Assembly (NCBI GenBank): GCA_963703315.1
Contig: OY969811.1
Coordinates: 4,416,001 to 4,480,000, forward strand
Direction: 5' to 3'
DNA length: 64,000 bases
DNA from: an uncultured cyanobacterium
Lineage (GTDB): Bacteria > Cyanobacteriota > Cyanobacteriia > Pseudanabaenales > Pseudanabaenaceae
Part shown: piece after piece, positions 61,727 through 64,000 of the stretch
Position numbering within the stretch: position 1 is the stretch's first letter
Layout of the letters: each line of letters begins with the position of its first letter
Program-made: the position numbers and the translations under genes
The notes under the pieces: generated by a model
Database searches by the model: none
What the model saw: the letters and a program-made list of their open reading frames with translations, nothing else
Told to the model about the DNA's origin: nothing

Positions 61727-64000
61727 GAGTTGATCTTTTGATTTCCTAGAAACTGCTGAATTGTGATTTCTAGTTGCTTTATTTTAACTGGTTTTGCTAA
61801 ATATTCATTAGCCCCTGCTTCGAGACAGCGATCGCGATCGCCAGCCATGACTAGGGCTGTAATTGCAACAATGGGCGTATGCATCAAATGGGGATCAGCA
61901 CGAATTTCCTTGATTGCCTCAATGCCATCCACCTTAGGCATTTGAATATCCATCAAAATCAAATCGGGTTTGTGAAGTCTGGCATAGTCAATCGCCTCTT
62001 GACCATCCTTAGCTACTAAAAAATGATAACCCTTAGTTTTCAGGCATTGAGAAAACATACTGATATTAGCGGCATTGTCTTCTACTAATAAGATCAGAGA
62101 GTTATCCACAATATTTGCATCAATCGAAAAAGTTTCGGCAGCCAAATTATCGTCTTGTTTCTCATCAATAATCGGGCAGATGGGAATATAGGGAAGGTCG
62201 ATGGTAAAGGTGCTACCTATATCAACTTCACTAGTCAGTCCTACCATGCCCCCATGCATTTCCACAATCCGCTTGACGAGGGCGAGTCCTAATCCTGTTC
62301 CATTATATTCACGATTTAGAGAACTATCGATTTGCATAAATGGTTGAAAGAGCTTATGGATATTTTCAGGTAAGATCCCAATGCCTGTATCAATTACGGC
62401 AATGCGTAAATATTGATGCGGCTTCAAGTCATCGGTTAATTCATCGGTTAACAGAGATGCTTCTAGTCTGATGTGTCCTCCCTCGGGTGTGAATTTAACA
62501 GCATTGTTGAGGAGGTTAATCAGTACTTGACGAATGCGGCGCTCATCCACCAGTATGTTAGGCAAATTGAATTGGAACTTGAATTCTAATTGAATCCGTT
62601 TCTGTAATGCCTGTTGCTTGATAAAAGTAAGACTAGCCTGACAAAGATGATTGACAGGAATGGAGATCATATCTAACTCAATTTGTCCAGATTCAATCTT
62701 GGCAAGATCAAGGATATCGTCAATTAATTCCAGCAGGTGAGAACCACTACTCTCAATTATCTGTAAAGCCGCGATTTGTTGTTCGTTGACTGTGCCGAAA
62801 AAATGCTCCTTTAGTCCATCGGTCATACCTAAGATTGCATTGAGTGGCGTACGGAGTTCATGACTCATATTTGCCAGAAATTCATCTTTGAGTCGGGTAA
62901 CACGGGCAAGTTCTTGGTTTGTGTGTTTTAGTTCTTTGGTGCGTTGCTCAACTTTAGATTCTAGATCTTGATTAAGTTGATGTAGTTCTCTTTCGGCTTT
63001 TTTGCGATCGCTAATATTCCGAATCATAAATAAAACTTCATCATCACCATACTTGAGTACTCTAACTTCTTCATCTTGGAGGCGATCGCGAACTTGAAGC
63101 TGCTGCTCATAAATTTGTAACTCACCTGTCTCTAAAGCTTTACGCAAATAATGCAACTGTTGCTCAGCAATGTCTGGAGGCAAGACATTCTTAACTGCCA
63201 TACCAGCTATATTTGAGTCTTTTGCGAGTAGTCCAAAATCTTGATAGGGGGTGACATAATCACGATAGATTCCATCTGCACCGACTCGAACCATGATGTC
63301 GGGAATAGTAGCTAAGATCGCTCGACTTTGGGCTTCACTTTGGCGTAGGCGCATTTCTGCTAACTGACATTCATTAAGGCGTTCTTGCAACTTTTGATTG
63401 ATTGTGACTTGATGTAGGGCGATCGCCAAATGTACTGATAGAGATTCCAATAATTCAATCTCTTCTTCTTCCCACTCGCGAGACTTCTCACTTTCAGTCG
63501 CGCTAAGAAAGCCCCATAATTCATCAGCATATAAGATTGGGACTAAAATCTGGGCGCGAATCTGAAGTTTATCGATAATGGTATGTCCATAGGCTGACAT
63601 GATGGTTGCATGAATGTCTCCTACCGCACAACGTAGACACTTTGCATCACATCCCACCTGCCGAAATTGATTTGTGTCAATTCCATTTACGACTTGTCCT
63701 AAAGTCGATAGGTAGGAGTCGGTAGATTCAGCAACAATAATGTTTTGATCGGCTTCAAGTTGAATAATATTAACGCGATCGCATTTCAGCAGTTGCCGCA
63801 CACGCTCTACAGTCGTGTCGAGAATAGTTTGCAAACTCAAAGAAGAACGAATCTGGATCGATAGCTCAGCAAGTAATTTTTCACGTTTCACCTTTTCTTG
63901 AAGCTCAAAAGTTCGAGCTTCAACCTGCCTCTCTAACTCAAGATTGCGGTTAGTGAGTAACTGCATCTTCTCTGACTCTAACTGGATAACTTTCTGCTCT
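61723..64000 (-). CDS. Hybrid sensor histidine kinase (GAF-PAS-HisKA-HATPase-REC), 5' end probably outside the window
   Basis: 'FLANMSHELRTPLNAI', 'NNAVKFT', 'GTGLGL', 'LMDIQMP'; frame stays open from 63966 to the window edge. Confidence 0.92.
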   Translation of the reverse strand, partial: EQKVIQLESEKMQLLTNRNLELERQVEARTFELQEKVKREKLLAELSIQIRSSLSLQTILDTTVERVRQLLKCDRVNIIQLEADQNIIVAESTDSYLSTLGQVVNGIDTNQFRQVGCDAKCLRCAVGDIHATIMSAYGHTIIDKLQIRAQILVPILYADELWGFLSATESEKSREWEEEEIELLESLSVHLAIALHQVTINQKLQERLNECQLAEMRLRQSEAQSRAILATIPDIMVRVGADGIYRDYVTPYQDFGLLAKDSNIAGMAVKNVLPPDIAEQQLHYLRKALETGELQIYEQQLQVRDRLQDEEVRVLKYGDDEVLFMIRNISDRKKAERELHQLNQDLESKVEQRTKELKHTNQELARVTRLKDEFLANMSHELRTPLNAILGMTDGLKEHFFGTVNEQQIAALQIIESSGSHLLELIDDILDLAKIESGQIELDMISIPVNHLCQASLTFIKQQALQKRIQLEFKFQFNLPNILVDERRIRQVLINLLNNAVKFTPEGGHIRLEASLLTDELTDDLKPHQYLRIAVIDTGIGILPENIHKLFQPFMQIDSSLNREYNGTGLGLALVKRIVEMHGGMVGLTSEVDIGSTFTIDLPYIPICPIIDEKQDDNLAAETFSIDANIVDNSLILLVEDNAANISMFSQCLKTKGYHFLVAKDGQEAIDYARLHKPDLILMDIQMPKVDGIEAIKEIRADPHLMHTPIVAITALVMAGDRDRCLEAGANEYLAKPVKIKQLEITIQQFLGNQKINS

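Overview
Chromosomal window from a cyanobacterium (HIP1 octamer GCGATCGC throughout, NDH-1(3) CO2-uptake operon, light-dependent POR; possibly Pseudanabaena-like, which is an inference). Most of it is housekeeping or metabolic: der, plsX-fabH, cysH, ndhF3-ndhD3-cupA-cupS, hemW, wecB, por, lipB, pheT, tilS, a Cu P1B-ATPase, egtD with a short OvoA-type sulfoxide synthase, and two hybrid kinases. Accessory content comprises an arsR/acr3/gap/arsJ arsenic cluster, an RloA/RloB-like pair, a complete IS701-family element with TIRs and a 5-bp target duplication, and two divergent DUF6516(TumE)-like antitoxin-toxin pairs. The most unusual signals are non-coding. (1) Three ungapped ~40-45 bp direct repeats ending in a HIP1 site bracket each toxin-antitoxin pair like a gene-cassette array. 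(2) About 25-30 GC-core palindromes have locus-specific arms that often mirror the last codons and stop codon of the neighbouring gene, including three convergent gene pairs whose whole intergenic region plus both stop codons form one palindrome. (3) At least two MITE families (IS701-like ends; TA-duplicating TATAGC ends) carry such hairpins. All family assignments come from motif recognition by eye, not database searches.
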